64,000 nucleotides of DNA from Lytechinus pictus (Eukaryota). The notes under the pieces were generated by a model. That model was not told the origin of the DNA, searched no databases, and was given only the letters and a program-made list of their open reading frames with translations. The stretch covers positions 4,528,001 through 4,592,000 of the forward strand of contig NC_087251.1 of the NCBI RefSeq assembly GCF_037042905.1, written 5' to 3'. The number at the start of each line of letters is the position of its first letter. The stretch's first letter is position 1. Of this stretch, positions 1 through 13,692 are shown in pieces. Made by a program: the position numbers and the translations under genes.

Positions 1-870
1 CTCATGATGAATGTGAACAAAAATTTTGTTTTAAAGTAAATTATTTGTCTTAGACAAACAATAAAGTGTCGATATCGAGTAAATGTCGAAACTTGTGAAA
101 AGAATATAGAAAATCCTTTGATACCTTCACATATCAAAATATTAGTACATGACCAGAAAGGATGTCAATAGATCTATAAAACTTTGCTTGGAAAAACAAA
201 ATGTGTTCCTTTAATATACATGTTCAAAATGGGATCGATATTTAGATGATCCTCCTGATAATATAAAAATTGAAAAATACCATATCATGATATTTCATTT
301 TACTTCAGATATTAGTTTAAGATATTTCAGTATAAGATAGTAAATAGAATATTATTTCTGAACAAACAATTAAAGAAAAAGTTTAACTGTTAAAACTGAA
401 AAATGTTCATTTTGTAATAGGGAGTTGAAAGATATTGTACACCTTTTTTATAAATGTAAATTTAGTTAAAAAAAATATGGAAGAAAACAGAAAATTGGAT
501 TAATGAATGTTCTCAAGCACACGTTAAGTTTAGTTTGAAAAATATAATCTTTGGTTTTGATGAGAAAAGAAATGATGCATTGAATTGTTTGGTATGTATA
601 ATCAAACAGCATTTATTTTTTCATAAGTTAAATAGTAAAAAACCAGTGTCTACATATATGCAAAGAAAAGAAATGATTCAATATTATGAAGATGAGAGAT
701 ATATTAGTTCTATACCGGGTTTGTTTAACAAATCTAATACTAAATGGATGCCACTTCATTCTTTATTTACTTGAGAAAAATGTTTAAGTATTAGTATTGT
801 TTGAGTTCTTTTATTAATTGAGTAATAATGTTTGCTGTGTATATTTTGATATTATTTGACTCAATAAAAG
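1..870 (+). mobile_element. Decayed L1/Tx1-clade LINE ORF2 3' end
   Basis: Frameshifted translation ..QYKIVNRIL..KCSFCNRELKDIVHLFYKC..KKIW..KNIIFG resembles the C-terminal CCHC (zf-RVT) region; AATAAA near 863. Confidence 0.7.
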
Positions 871-1894
871 ACCTTTGGAGGGCTTAGAAGTTGGAAAAAA
901 TAAGTTTGCTGGGCTTGAAATTGTGGAAAGTGCTGTTGAAACGTTTCAGGTTGCTGTGATTGGCCAGACTTGGTCTGGTGGCTTCGCTGATGTGTCCATC
1001 TTGTTTTGCTTAAAATGTGTATGAGAGTACTGTAAATTCAGAAATATTTGTGGATTTCGCGGCAAGATCGGCGAGCGCGAATTTAAAAACATGCAAATTT
1101 CTGAGCATATAATTTTACATGTAATGCATGTTTTAAAACAAGAATCAATTTTTGCTTGCATCCTTTTGGCAAGGAGACTGTATGATTTGACCTATAGAGG
1201 GCAACATTTAAACAAGCAAGCTTCAAAGCTTCATCATATATCGTGCACAAATATATACATAATATATATCGCAAGAATTTTTCTTTCAATGCGATAATTT
1301 TGTACAGTCCCAGATCGGTATTTGAATCATGATGTTGCTTGAAATTTAAGTTGCTTTTGCTGTTAGATTTGTGAGTGTTAAGGTCTGCTTGACATGTCTG
1401 ATGTTTGTATAATACCTAGTCTTCGTTTTCAAGAAGTCTTGTCGATCGCTAAGGTAGATCGATTGATCCCATGCGCTTTGAATCGCCGTAATTCCCCCAG
1501 TCACTACCTGGTACTCGGCCTTAAATCACACCAGGCCAGGAGCACCTCCATTTTGCCTCCCCCGTCCATTGTCTGCCCAACAGTCTACCCAACAAAGAGA
1601 AGTTGCGCTAAATGTCACAAATGCTAATGATCGGAACAAAACAATGCTGAATTACGCCAATGCAGAGCTAGAATATGAGCAGAAAATACAATTTTATTGC
1701 CAGCAATGTTAATTAAAACCAGTCAGAAATCGGAAAGAAGGAAGTGACTTTTTCATTGTGGAGTGTGCAACGCGAATTCAAGAACCTGCCAATATGTTTT
1801 GAAGCTGCCGAACGCGAAATATTAATCGCACAAAAATAACAGCGTTTACAGTAGGTGTGTATGCATGTGGTTATGTGTAAGTCATTGGCGGGAT

Positions 1895-2294
1895 CCCGGG
1901 GGGGGGGGGGGCAGTCACATGTATTGCTGTACACACACGTGGCCAAAACATTTCCAAACACCCCTAAACAATTTTTCGCATGCTTTATTTACACATTTGG
2001 CCTCTAAAGTTGTCGTCAGAATATGACCCCGGGGAAAAAGCATGGGGAAAAAAATATACCCTAAACACGTTTGGCTAGTCTTAAAAAAAAAGCTTTGGAA
2101 AAAAAAATACCCTAAATACGTTTGGCCCTGCGATTGACCAGTCTTTTAAAACTACCCCTTTTTTTGAAAATCAGTGATTTTGATACCCTTAACGAGTGCA
2201 CACGCGGCCGCCGTCCAAAACTGAAAAAACACCCCTTTAAACGTGTTTGTACAGCAATATATTTGACTGCCCCCCCCCCCCCCCCCCCCCCGGG
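1895..2294. mobile_element. MITE with CCCGGG-polyG terminal inverted repeats and a 6-bp TSD (CGGGAT)
   Basis: cccggg(G)n-cagtcacatgtattgctgtacac ... gtacagcaatatatttgactg(C)n-cccggg, flanked by cgggat at 1889-1894 and 2295-2300. Confidence 0.85.
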
Positions 2295-2559
2295 CGGGAT
2301 CATTGGTTGGATGGTTGTTTCTATAAATAATGTGAGGCAAGGATGGTGCATGTTTTTCTGGTGTAGGCGCATGTTAGGGGTGTGAACATGTGTGTGTGTA
2401 TGTACATGAATGGATGCTCACATACATTTGGGTTGTGTTGGTGATCATAAAGAGATGGACTCTCTTGCCGTGTCAGCAGAGCAGCTGACTGGGTGGCCAG
2501 TTGCGACGTTTATGGCCACGGCACTTCATTTCTGATCGGGACTTGGCCTCCCCTCATTA

Positions 2560-2958
2560 GGGCTGTCTGCACCATCCCGACTTTTCAAATTAGCGCGCTT
2601 TTTCTGATTCGGCAAATTATCCCGATCTGAAAAATCTCGAGATTATTTGCAATGGAGACGCAATTATCGCGCTAGTTCGTAGGATTAATCTCGAGATTGT
2701 AATCCCAAGTCAACTTGGGATTATTTGCAAAATAGCACGCTATTTTACGAATTATCGCGCTAATTTGTAGGTGCAGACGCACTCGGGATTATTCATTCAC
2801 GGCGTCAGACCATCATGCATCGATGCCTCGCTTGAGCAGGAATCGCTCTTCTTGCGATGGTGGAGACGGGGTTTCTTGAATCTCGAGATTAATCGCGAAG
2901 AGGGCCGATCGGGCTAAAATCTCAAGATTGAGCATACTCGGGATGGTACAGCACCGCC
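2560..2958. mobile_element. PIF/Harbinger-like MITE
   Basis: Imperfect TIR ggctgtctgcaccatcccga / tcgggatggtacagcacc with internal repeated atctcgagatt motifs. Confidence 0.6.
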
Positions 2959-4089
2959 TCCATTGTCTTTTTCTGTTGGGGCTAGACTCGATAAGATTTG
3001 CTTTTACGAGCCCCGGCCACATTATTTACTAGTGTGACTTCATAATGTTGTACGTTTAGTTCTTTTACATGTAACAATTTTTCATTTGTATTTCTGTGAT
3101 TTTCTGTAATTTGAAATGAAACTCTTTGAAACTGGTAACTCGCATTCACTTTTACTATGATCCCTTTATAATTAGAAATCTACTTTGAAGGAACTTATTC
3201 TTCTCTTCTCCCTGACGGTGGGATTTATACTGCTGATCCAGATCTAATACTTTATAGTTAATCAATCAGTGTTTGTAGGCCATCTGAATATCCTCTCTAT
3301 CTTAAAGTCATGAGGGTGTGTTGTAGTAGCAGAAGCTAAAATAATACTTTAAAGAGATATAATCCACGGATTCAATTTCTATTTACACAACCCAAGTCTC
3401 AATAAAAACAAATAAAAAAATATTAAAGCACACAACTAAAAAAGCAATCAAAATGTAAATACAACTGATTCAAAGAATTTTCTCCCTCTTTTTGTTGCTT
3501 GTTATTCTGACAAAATGAGATTTTTATCAATATACATACTACATGACACACAAAAATGCTGAGGCAAATTTATTCACTTAAGTACACTCATAAGCATTTC
3601 AATGTAAATAATTATTCAAAATGCAACTTACATGTAATCCCATGGAACTCCCTTTCAAAAACCATCGTTCAAAATGAGGTTGATGAATAGGAATTATTAC
3701 AAATCAAGGTCCTCCTAATACAATGTAAATCTTTGCATGAGTGCAATAAATCTATCGCACACATTTTTTCCTATGTAGGCCTTCATGCAAAGCGAGAATA
3801 CATGATGCACACAGCATTCCTTTTTCTTCAAATGTAATTAACACTGGAAATATTGATAACATAAGGAAAGGTTACAGTTTATACAAATTTATGAACCTGA
3901 AATTAATAGTGGTAAAAAAATGTTTCACACTTTTGGGCTTTTGTGTCAGATAAAGTTAAACGCATTCAGAAGTTTCAGGAATATGAAACTGGATTTATAA
4001 AACTATACTTTCAAAGGTAGTTTTTTTTAACCATGAGACCTAAAGTTGACTGGTTTTTAATGATTTTGATAGGCATTTTTTCCAGATTG

Positions 4090-4250
4090 ACCACTCTCTA
4101 CCCAGATGTACATGCAGTAAATGCATACCAGGTAGTAAGGAATTCCTTGATTACTTGAGCACCCAATCAGGATATACATACTAAAGTTGGGTATAACAGT
4201 GTGCAGTGCTTAGAAATATTGTATAAAGCACTATATAAATGTTGCATATC
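4090..4250 (+). mobile_element. Partial SINE (body and 3' tail)
   Basis: Similar to the reverse complement of the 45553-45839 SINE core (..ccaggtag..ggaattccttga..gagcacccaatca). Confidence 0.55.
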
Positions 4251-6069
4251 ATTGACTAGGGAACCCGTAATTAATGCCATCTGATTGGAAACATCTGAGA
4301 TGTATGATCTCACACATGTAAATATGTAATCTAATTAAGGATTTATTTCAATCTCAGCTCACTTACCTGAATAGCAATTGACCAAATTACATGAAATTAT
4401 AGTCACATGATTATTCATGCTTAGACAATATTTTACAAACGTTTAAACATCCTATCCAATATCCCCATGTCGAATGTAAACTATAGCCTACTTATAGTAT
4501 CCAGTACCTATTAATAACAGGTGCAATAAATTCATGACATTTACTATGTTTTTCTTTTTGGAGCACTACTCTTTCGAAATTTATCTGTTTTCATCTCTTA
4601 AATTCTCTTGATATAATACACCTGTACCCAGGTACATGTATATGGAGGAATGTAAATGATGGAGAGAGTTTAGGTAATATAAGTAACTTCCATCCCCTCT
4701 GCTGCATTAAACAGCTCGGAGTCTGATAATAATCAAATACAGTATAAAAATACATATTGACTTGATGACTTCAAAAACTTTAATACAGTCTCGATATTCA
4801 GAGATAGCAAAATCCATTAGCGGGTGATTTGAAATCGCCTTTAAGCATACAGTAATGACCATGTGAATAAAATATTATAGCTTTGGAGTGGACAGTCTTA
4901 TTATTTGAGATAAGGAGCTGAGTATGCAAATGATACCATAGCGATAGAATTTTCAGAGCAGACACCTGAACATTAGCTAAATTTTCTTTAATTCTCAATA
5001 AAAATTTCATCAACTGTACAGAAATTCACTGCACAATGGAAAGAAAATGAATAGCCAATTTGGTGCAAAAAGCCAAAACTATCAAATCCACTTCAACTCC
5101 CCTCTAAATACCCTTCTACCAAAGGATATCTTATTTAGAGAAAAAAATATATACTACAGTCCAGAGTGACAAGAAAGGACTTCAGAGAAGATTAAAGATG
5201 TTTATGAATAGCTTTTTTGCTACAACATAGGATTCATTTTAATATTAACAAGATTCTCAGTCAACTCTTCTGTGAAAGGCAAGCAGTTTGGGATTCTATG
5301 TTACTTACTTCAGATATTCATTATGAAGCATCTGCCATTTTTTACTATTGATGTATTATAAACCACATTAATTACATCTCTGCATTACCGCCGCCTATAA
5401 AATATGCATTTAATGTCCGAATGTCGCAAAATGGGGAGCAAAATAAATCATCTTCAGTTGGCAGGTTTTTTTTTCTGCCACATGTGAATGCTAGTGTTAT
5501 AAATTGTTCTCTCAATGCTATGGTAAACAAAATAAGACCATTTGGGGTTCGCTTTCTATTGTAGACTATGGATATTCCAATGGCCTTATTGATCAAGAAA
5601 GTGAAGGCAAATAAATATTTTATAATATATTATTCCGTGTTTTAAAAAGGAACCCTGTATTAAGGACTTTCCCAAATTATTTTTGTGCGCATATTTTATG
5701 CCATGCGCTTTGACGTCACCATAAGTGAACAGGTGAGTAATCAGTTACAAGTATCAGCTGACTTTTCCAAGCATCTGCACTCTGACAATAAAATCTTGAT
5801 GTGTTATTTTACGAAGCTGTTAAGTGATAAAATATATATACCGACTTTTTAAATGCCTCTACCTCTTCGGAATACTTTACAGTGCTGCAATATTTTACTC
5901 TACAGTACTGCAAAGTATGACAAATATGACCTCGAGTATATGGGATAGTGGTGTACAATTTTCCCTTATGAAGATACAAATACTTTGACACATTTTTTTT
6001 TTAAAGCACATTTGCTCTCACAAAAGCGCTGATATTTTGAAAACAAGCACATGAACCCCCAATTTTTAA

Positions 6070-6420
6070 AGGACAAGTCCACCCCAACGAAAAGTTGATT
6101 TGAATAAAAAGAGAAAATCCAACAAGCATAACACTGAAAATTTCATCAAAATCGGATGTAAAATAAGAAAGTTATATTTCTAAATTTTGCTTAATTTCAC
6201 AAAACAGTTATATGCACATCCTGGTCGGTATGCAAATGAGGAGACTGATGACGTCATCCACTCACTATTTCTTTTGTATTTTATTATATGAAATATTCTG
6301 ATTTTCTCCTCATTGTCAAGTGAAACAACGATTAATTCCTCCCTGAACATGTGGAATTAGCATTGTTTAATATTATATGGTTCAGTCAAGTTGGTCCGTA
6401 TTGTCAAATTTGTAAAAAAT
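6070..6420. mobile_element. Truncated Kolobok-like MITE (left half)
   Basis: TTAA|AGGACAAGTCCACC start, near-identical to the full copies at 18091 and 42784. Confidence 0.85.
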
Positions 6421-6429
6421 TCTCAATTA

Positions 6430-6950
6430 AATGTATTCAGAATGCCCAGATTCTGTCTAAATCTAAAACACGCACACACATGTTTATTGAGATATGCAGC
6501 TTGATCTTTATTTAAAACGTGCTAAAATTATCAAGTTGCGCTCGCATTATTAATGTCTAGGAAGATACCAAATTACTCATCCTTTTTCATGATTTACAAA
6601 ACATGAATAGAGTGTCCCATTTTTAGGTCTGAAATCTCATTTCCTTTCCGCTCGCTTCAATTGTTTAATTTTATACCTATACCGTTTAAAAAGTGCTTAG
6701 AATGTCAATTTTTTAGGTCGGAATGTCAAAAAAAAATTTAAGCTCACGCTTTGCGCTCGCATTATCTTAAAGTTGAAATATGTATCGTCTTAATGGCTAA
6801 CTGCAAATCGTCCTTAACAGGCCCCTTTTTCAATCAAGCCAGAACCCATATAAAAAATGTCTGCGCGCTCGCAGTAATTATCTAGCTACATACGCATCTT
6901 GTTCAGGTTCACAAACATTGCCCAGAATATTCAATTTTCAGTACAAAATA
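6430..6950 (+). repeat. Degenerate ~110-bp repeat array with (c)gcgctcgca motif, internal to a DNA-transposon family
   Basis: Recurrent gcgctcgca...tgcttagaatgtc units; the same family occurs at 42460-44000 and, inverted, at 62690-63320. Confidence 0.6.
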
Positions 6951-7527
6951 CATACTGTTTAGGTATGCAAGATAACAATACAATAAGCAATAATCATATT
7001 TTATGACTTTCAAGGGATAAACTCATTTCAGACATTAGAAATTGGAAAAAAATATATTTCATTATTATATATATTATATGGGATAAAAAAATAGAAAAAC
7101 GTGTTTCAAACTTGTAGTTCCCATGGCATTAAGAAATATTATACCCAACAAAATATGTATTGAAATTTTAGGAAAAGTCACCAAGATTGGTTGAAAATTA
7201 TTAGAAATTTAAATTTAAAGTTTGGTATTTGGCTGTAACCCCTGATCTTGACTCTTTACATGATTGAATAGAGCATATTTACTGATAAATTACCAACTTT
7301 GTTGACACACTGAAGTGCATGGCCCACCCCCACCTCACAATTTACCGGCCTAGACACGAATTCCTTTCTTTTGTGAGTAGGGGGGGGGGGGGGTGTGGAG
7401 TATTTATAATCGGTCGAGCAGGACGTAATTCTTTTAAGGGGGGTGCAATTTCATAGTTTGTTATACATACAAAACAATAACTTGAGCAATCTTATAAATA
7501 ATCTGGGATAGTAAACACACCATTAAA

Positions 7528-8569
7528 AGGGGAAGTTCACCCTGACAAAAAGTTGATGTAAAAATAGCAGAAAAAATAATAAAACAATATTGTCAAAGGT
7601 TTAAGAAAAAATCCATCAAAAGAAAAAAGTTGTTAAAATTTTTATTATTTGATTTGTGACGTCATATGCGAGCACCTTTCCTACATAATCGAATGGTAAG
7701 AAATCAAGGAAATGTCATTTTCTCAGAAAATTGAAACCGGGTTTTATTGTTCCACCAGTACATCAATAGACAAATTATTTTCGCCCGTTCCTAAAACGAA
7801 AACAAGAATAACTCATTACAATCCATCAAAAAATTGAAATTTCAGTGCATTTTCTAATACATAACATAATGGTCCAGCTGCTCGTTGATGACGTCAAAAT
7901 CCCAAACTTAAAATCCTAATAACTTAAAGGGATGGTCCGGGACGAAAATGTTAATATCTGAATAAATAGAGTAAAATTCACAGAGCAAAGTGCTGAAAAT
8001 TTCATTAAAATTGGATAACAAATAACAAAGTTATTAAATTTTAAAGTTTATCAATATGGTGGGCTGATGATGTCACATCTCCACTTTTCTTTTTCTTATG
8101 TTATTACATGAAATCATAAATGTTTCATTTTTTAATATATGTGTAGATGATGTGTCTCCATTATGATGAAATAAGTTGCAGCAATAAATAACTAAAGCAC
8201 TTAATCAGTTGTCAGTCCAATTGTTTTAGCTCTTGGTAGAAAAATTTTGAATAAACCTAATTTCCTATAATAAAATACAAAAGAACAAGTGGGGATATGA
8301 CATCATCAGCCCACCAAATGAATATTCATAAAGACTGTTTCATCGGAATAATGCAAATCTTTGAAATTCAATAACTTTGTTATTTGTTATCCGATTTTGA
8401 TCAAATTTTCAGCATTTTGCTCTTTGAATTTTACTCTATTTATTGAGATATACATGTACATATTTCCAGCCTACACCATCCCTTTAAAGGTTTTTCCTCA
8501 AACCTTCACTTATATTTTGTATTATTCTTTCAGCTATTTTTACAACAAAATTTTCTTAAGAGATCCCCT
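7528..8569. mobile_element. Kolobok-like MITE (outer), interrupted by a nested element
   Basis: TTAA..AGGGGAAGTTCACC ... GATCCCCT|TTAA termini. Confidence 0.7.
7928..8483. mobile_element. Kolobok-like palindromic MITE nested at a TTAA site
   Basis: TTAA|AGGGATGGTCC ... ACACCATCCCT|TTAA, long imperfect inverted arms. Confidence 0.85.
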
Positions 8570-11500
8570 TTAAAATATATACTGCACGCCCAAATTGTCT
8601 ATGAAATTTCATGACGTTTATTAACATTTTGTCCTTAATACCCATATGCACTATTTGCCCCCCCCCCCCCCGATTCCTATAGCCACATATAAATGTATGA
8701 GTGGGACCAAAGGCCTGCTAATTTTGTTGATTCACACGCAACAAGTAACAATAACACAAACTACTTGCATATTAATCTAGTATAAAAACAAACTCATGTA
8801 AAATTTCACGATGGAGAGAACACCTACGAGAAACAGTGGATTGTAATTTACAAATATAGTACCGAATATCTTTAAAAAAATATGATTGACTTGCTTTTTC
8901 GCAAGCACTACATGGACACCATTGTCAGATAGCCTGTGACTCAGACACCCTAAAAAAATTGTAGCTTGCAATCCAGTCGCCGAAAAAAATCGTAGCCTGT
9001 ACTCCAGTCGCTGAAAAAATATATGCGGGCGTAATCTCCAGAAAACACGGACATTTTCAGCGGGCAAAACGTTTTTTACGTCCGGGCGGACAGAAATGCC
9101 TGAACGACATCAGGTTTTATTGTCCGTCTTCGCATTTTTGGGCGTTTTCACCACCCGGGCATAAAAACCTGCTACACCGGCCTGGGGCGCGGGCAGCGTG
9201 CACGAAGTTTACGTACGATGCAGTGACGTTATGCTTGATAAAACAAGCTATGAGCTTTTTGCCGTGCCTTCGTAGGACTCAAATACTTACTTGATTTATA
9301 TTTCCCCAAAATGAAACCTATTGTGTAATTATGATGCCTATTCGCCATTAATTTGAAGTTTATTTTGATCCTAGTTTGAGTCTCACTCGTCTGTTCGTGC
9401 CGAGATGATTTATGCACGATGAATTCATGAATGGAATTTATCGTGGATCGCGCATGCGCATTGTGTTTTAATCAAACCAGATCGAAATTGATCTGAAAGG
9501 AAAATCATGACGCGATCAATTAACGTAAAATAAATCTTGCTTTCATTAACAATATTTCTTATCATGACCATAGAACATTGTTTAATCGTAATATTTTAAC
9601 AATAATTTGCAAACTCGAGATGCTTCGCACACATCAAAATCAATAGGCAGCTTCGCTATACCATACTCGAACTTCATACCAAATTTGAAGATGATCGGAG
9701 AAGAAATGCAGCTGATAGAGCGCTCACAAGGAAATCTCTGCGGCGGCGGACGCGGTGGCGGACGCAGCGGCGCGACGAGGCCAAATCCATAGTATCCTCC
9801 GAATATGAATTTAGAGCTTGATGTGAAACATTTGTATTTCGTTTCCATTTTTAATGACGGACATCACAAATTCTGTAACGATCGAGTGATGGGTGCACTT
9901 GTCTAAAAAAAATATATCACGTCAGGATTGATCTTTAAACATCGCGTCGTTGCAGAAACTCTTCTCACGATTGTAATATCACCATAGAATACAATTTTAC
10001 ATGACAAAGCAGAAAAAATTACGTTTGATATTTATTCCCATCAATTTGAAGCTTGTTTGTGCCCAACTCCGCATTAGAATTCATGAATGGAAAATTATGT
10101 CACCAATCATCTCGGAGACGTCTGGAGATAACTTTGCTGATATTACCAATATTGATGGCCATAGAATGTTATTAAATCGTAATAATTTAAAAATAATTTA
10201 CATCCAATAATCATTCATATAAATTTAGAGCTCAATTTGAGACATTCGTATTTATTTCGATCTAATCAGTGCTCTGCAATTGTCCTGTGTCTAAAAATGG
10301 ATTATCCAAAATATCATCATCAGGATTAATTCTCGAATATCGTCATAACTCATATTCCACAAAATTTTCTCACAATCGTTACATCAGCATAAAATACCAG
10401 TTCAAATGACCAGCCTGAGAAAATTACGTATGATATTTATTCCCATCAACTTGGAGCTCATTTTGGATCCAACTACATCTCAGGCAAGGTGGTCTCCGCT
10501 AGTATAGCACTTGTTGGGCGGCAAGCACACCTGTCGTTTCGGGAAGTAAGTGTAGTAAGGGGCTGTAGTGTGTGTGTTGTGTGCCAGTCTGGACTGTGAC
10601 TGTGAGTTGACCGAGAATTGTTCAGATCGACTCTGCGTGATTCTGTCTTCGATAATATTTTATTTCAAACGCCGTATATATGTTGTCATCTGCAAGTATC
10701 ATTGATTTAGATATTTTGAGAAGAATTCTGCTTGGATCCTTTTTTTTTTTAGTTGTTGTTTTGGGATCATGGAAAATACAGACGATCTTTATTGCTCTGG
10801 ATCCAGCCACTTGTGCAACGCTTACCCCGGCCTCAGCAAATTTCAGCGCGGTCATGACGGAGCAAAAAAAATTGACTTGATTTTCCCGCCTTCAAATTTT
10901 GATGCATCAATGTTCGATTGAATTAAAGCTGTTTACAGAATAATCGATATGATTTAAGCCTAACGCTAGTTATAATATCATGTAACATATCTGGCTCTCA
11001 GTGTTTACAACGTGTACACGTGTACATGTACACAACCGAAAAAAATTCTGTGTACACGTCCATCAAAAATGGACTTTCAAAACGGGCCTAATTCAAATCA
11101 ACATTTTTCTGGGGTGAACTTGTCCTTTAATGTTCACATCTCTTAGCATACCTTCCTCTACAACCATGCAAAATTTGGTGAAAATGACATGGGTTTTAAA
11201 TAAAGTGCAGCATTTATTGTACTTCTTACATTTGTCATATAAATTTCAATGTTTTTGTCGCCTTTCACACCATATTTTTAAAATTGAAGGTGCTACTTCT
11301 CTTTAAAGAGCAATCGAATAGCAATATGAGTGGATTCTATTAAAAGTATAATTCTGAACTATAATGTAAAATTTGGTGAAATTTAGATCAATTTTGACAG
11401 AGTAATAGAGATTTTCACTCAACGTTGTGATCTCTTGGGATTTAAAAACGCAAAATAATCTTTATTACCTATTTCTTGAGACCTTATAAATGGGTGAACT

Positions 11501-11937
11501 TCAAAGCTTGATAGCAAAAAATCCCACGTTAATTTTTGCATACTTGGAATAATTAGGTGCTAAAGTAAACTCTGTGCAGAATTTTGTGAAAATGACATGG
11601 ATTTTGTTTAACTGTGGAACGTCCTTAAATAGATCATTTACACAGTATGGTGTGCAACAAAATGAGGTATGGAATGGAGAGTGTGGAATATGTAATTTCT
11701 ATGGCGAGGGAATCTGATGATGGGGGCAACAATTCATGGAAACAGAGGAATAACTTAGTTAGAGAAAGAAAACATTTGACTAAACAGTGAGTTTTAGGTA
11801 CTTCAGAAAATCATATACATGTAAATAACTTTACTTCTAATGCAACACCTTAATTCAAAGTCCTTTGGAAGTGGACAGGGACATTGCAATGATTGCATTA
11901 TAATGTGCTAGTCTCTATACATGTACAATCACTTTGT

Positions 11938-12150
11938 ACATCATCATCATCATCATCATCGTCATCATTATCATCGTCATCATCATCATCTTCATCAATA
12001 TCATTAATTATTATCTTTACTTTTATTTTTATTATCATCATTACTTCTACTACTACTACTTCTACTATTTTCATTACTATTATCATTATTATAATTATAT
12101 CATTATTAATTTTCATCAATTTTACTATATTTATCATGATTATTTTGATA
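11938..12150. repeat. (ATC)n/(ATT)n/(ACT)n compound trinucleotide microsatellite
   Basis: Directly visible. Confidence 0.95.
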
Positions 12151-13099
12151 TTTCATATAATATGAATTATATGTCTGATTTTTTTCAAATTCTTTTTTAA
12201 TACACTGTACATAAGTGAGTGATACAAAATGATAACATATCCTTTTGCCAATTTTTACGTAGGAAAAATATATGGGTAATGCAAGAAGTTAGATATTGAG
12301 AATAATTATGAGCCCTGGCAAACTGCACAAAAATAATTTGTTTTCTACTTTACCTTTGTACTACAAAATTTCTTTACATATATAAGCTTGTTAGCCCAAG
12401 TAACATCTCCAGAGTATTAATGAGTAAATGCATTAATACTTTTTCAATTTTAAAAGCTTATACTAGTGAAGACAATCTTTATATCCCCTGCAAAGAAATT
12501 CAGTAAGCAAAAGGTTAAACAGATACAGTGGAATTAGTTTGTAAAGAGGGAATAGCAATTTCAGGAGCCTTTAATTCTCTTCAATTTCCTTGACAAGGGG
12601 ACTTACATATCTCATTTTTGTGAATTTGTTTGACTAGTTTAGGGTAAATCACAACATTCCACTAAATACCGGCAAATCAATAATTATCATCATTCAGGTA
12701 ATAATAATATAAAAATGACAAGATAGCTATAGCAGATGAGGAGTTCACTGTAATCAACTACTCTCTCATATATTTTTTCACCACTTTATTTGATGCAAAA
12801 TTACATGTTTTTCTATATACATGTAACATGTAGGCTCAGTCAGGTAATATTTTAAGTTACAAACCACTTCAACGAAACCATGCATTCAAAGTGAAAAGCC
12901 CTATGCATGGATGGTAATACAGACATAGGTTCATACAAAACACTTGATGTAAACTAGTCTGCACATTAAAAATTTAGGCCTCCGCAATTGTCAAATTATG
13001 AATATATACATGTACACACACAACTTCTAACATAAAAAAAAAAGACTTTTGTTACCCAAAAGATCTACACAGATCACCATCAAGCACATACATGTATGA

Positions 13100-13692
13100 C
13101 AACAAGTCTTAAGTTATTGTGAGAACAAAATATTTCAATGTCGATAATCACATCTGTGCCCTTTGACCTCATAACCCCAATCTAAACAGACCTTCACCCC
13201 TCCTACATACAAACATGAGCCAAGTTTGAAATTGAACCCTCACACAGCTCTTCAGTTATTGTGAGAACATAGTATTTTTAGGTATGACATCTGTGACCTT
13301 TGACCTTGGGAAATGTATTCAGATCATTGGTATGGTATTTATTAAATCATGCATCCCCATGCATCACAGTTACAAAGACTGCACATGGATATACAATATT
13401 AAAAAATCATTGTTCGTCCAATTAATGAATACATAGGCCTACATGTGGTATGAAGTTGATTCCTCAATTAGTTTTTCGGTAATTGTGAAAAGCAGATATT
13501 TCAAGGTTTCTAATGACCTCTGTGACCTTCAAAGTAGATCATACCACGGTCACTTCTATAGGTATGCTTGGACCAAGCTTGAAGTTGATCAATCAAACAG
13601 TTCTGTAGTTATCCTAAAAACAGGACGGACGGACAGACAACCCCAAAACATAATGACTCCAATAACCACCTACAGAATGCGGATGCATAAAA
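13100..13692 (+). mobile_element. Degenerate Helentron-type non-autonomous element (HINE-like)
   Basis: tgacctttgacc repeat units, (GGAC)n microsatellite near the 3' end, ends gcataaaaa. Confidence 0.55.

Noticed and set aside
1505..1550. Possible minus-strand first exon (AAAATGGAG...CAG|GTAGT)
   Set aside because: No partner exon or recognisable protein found; insufficient support.
11893..12200. ORFs with poly-S, poly-D or poly-I runs
   Set aside because: Artefacts of a trinucleotide microsatellite.
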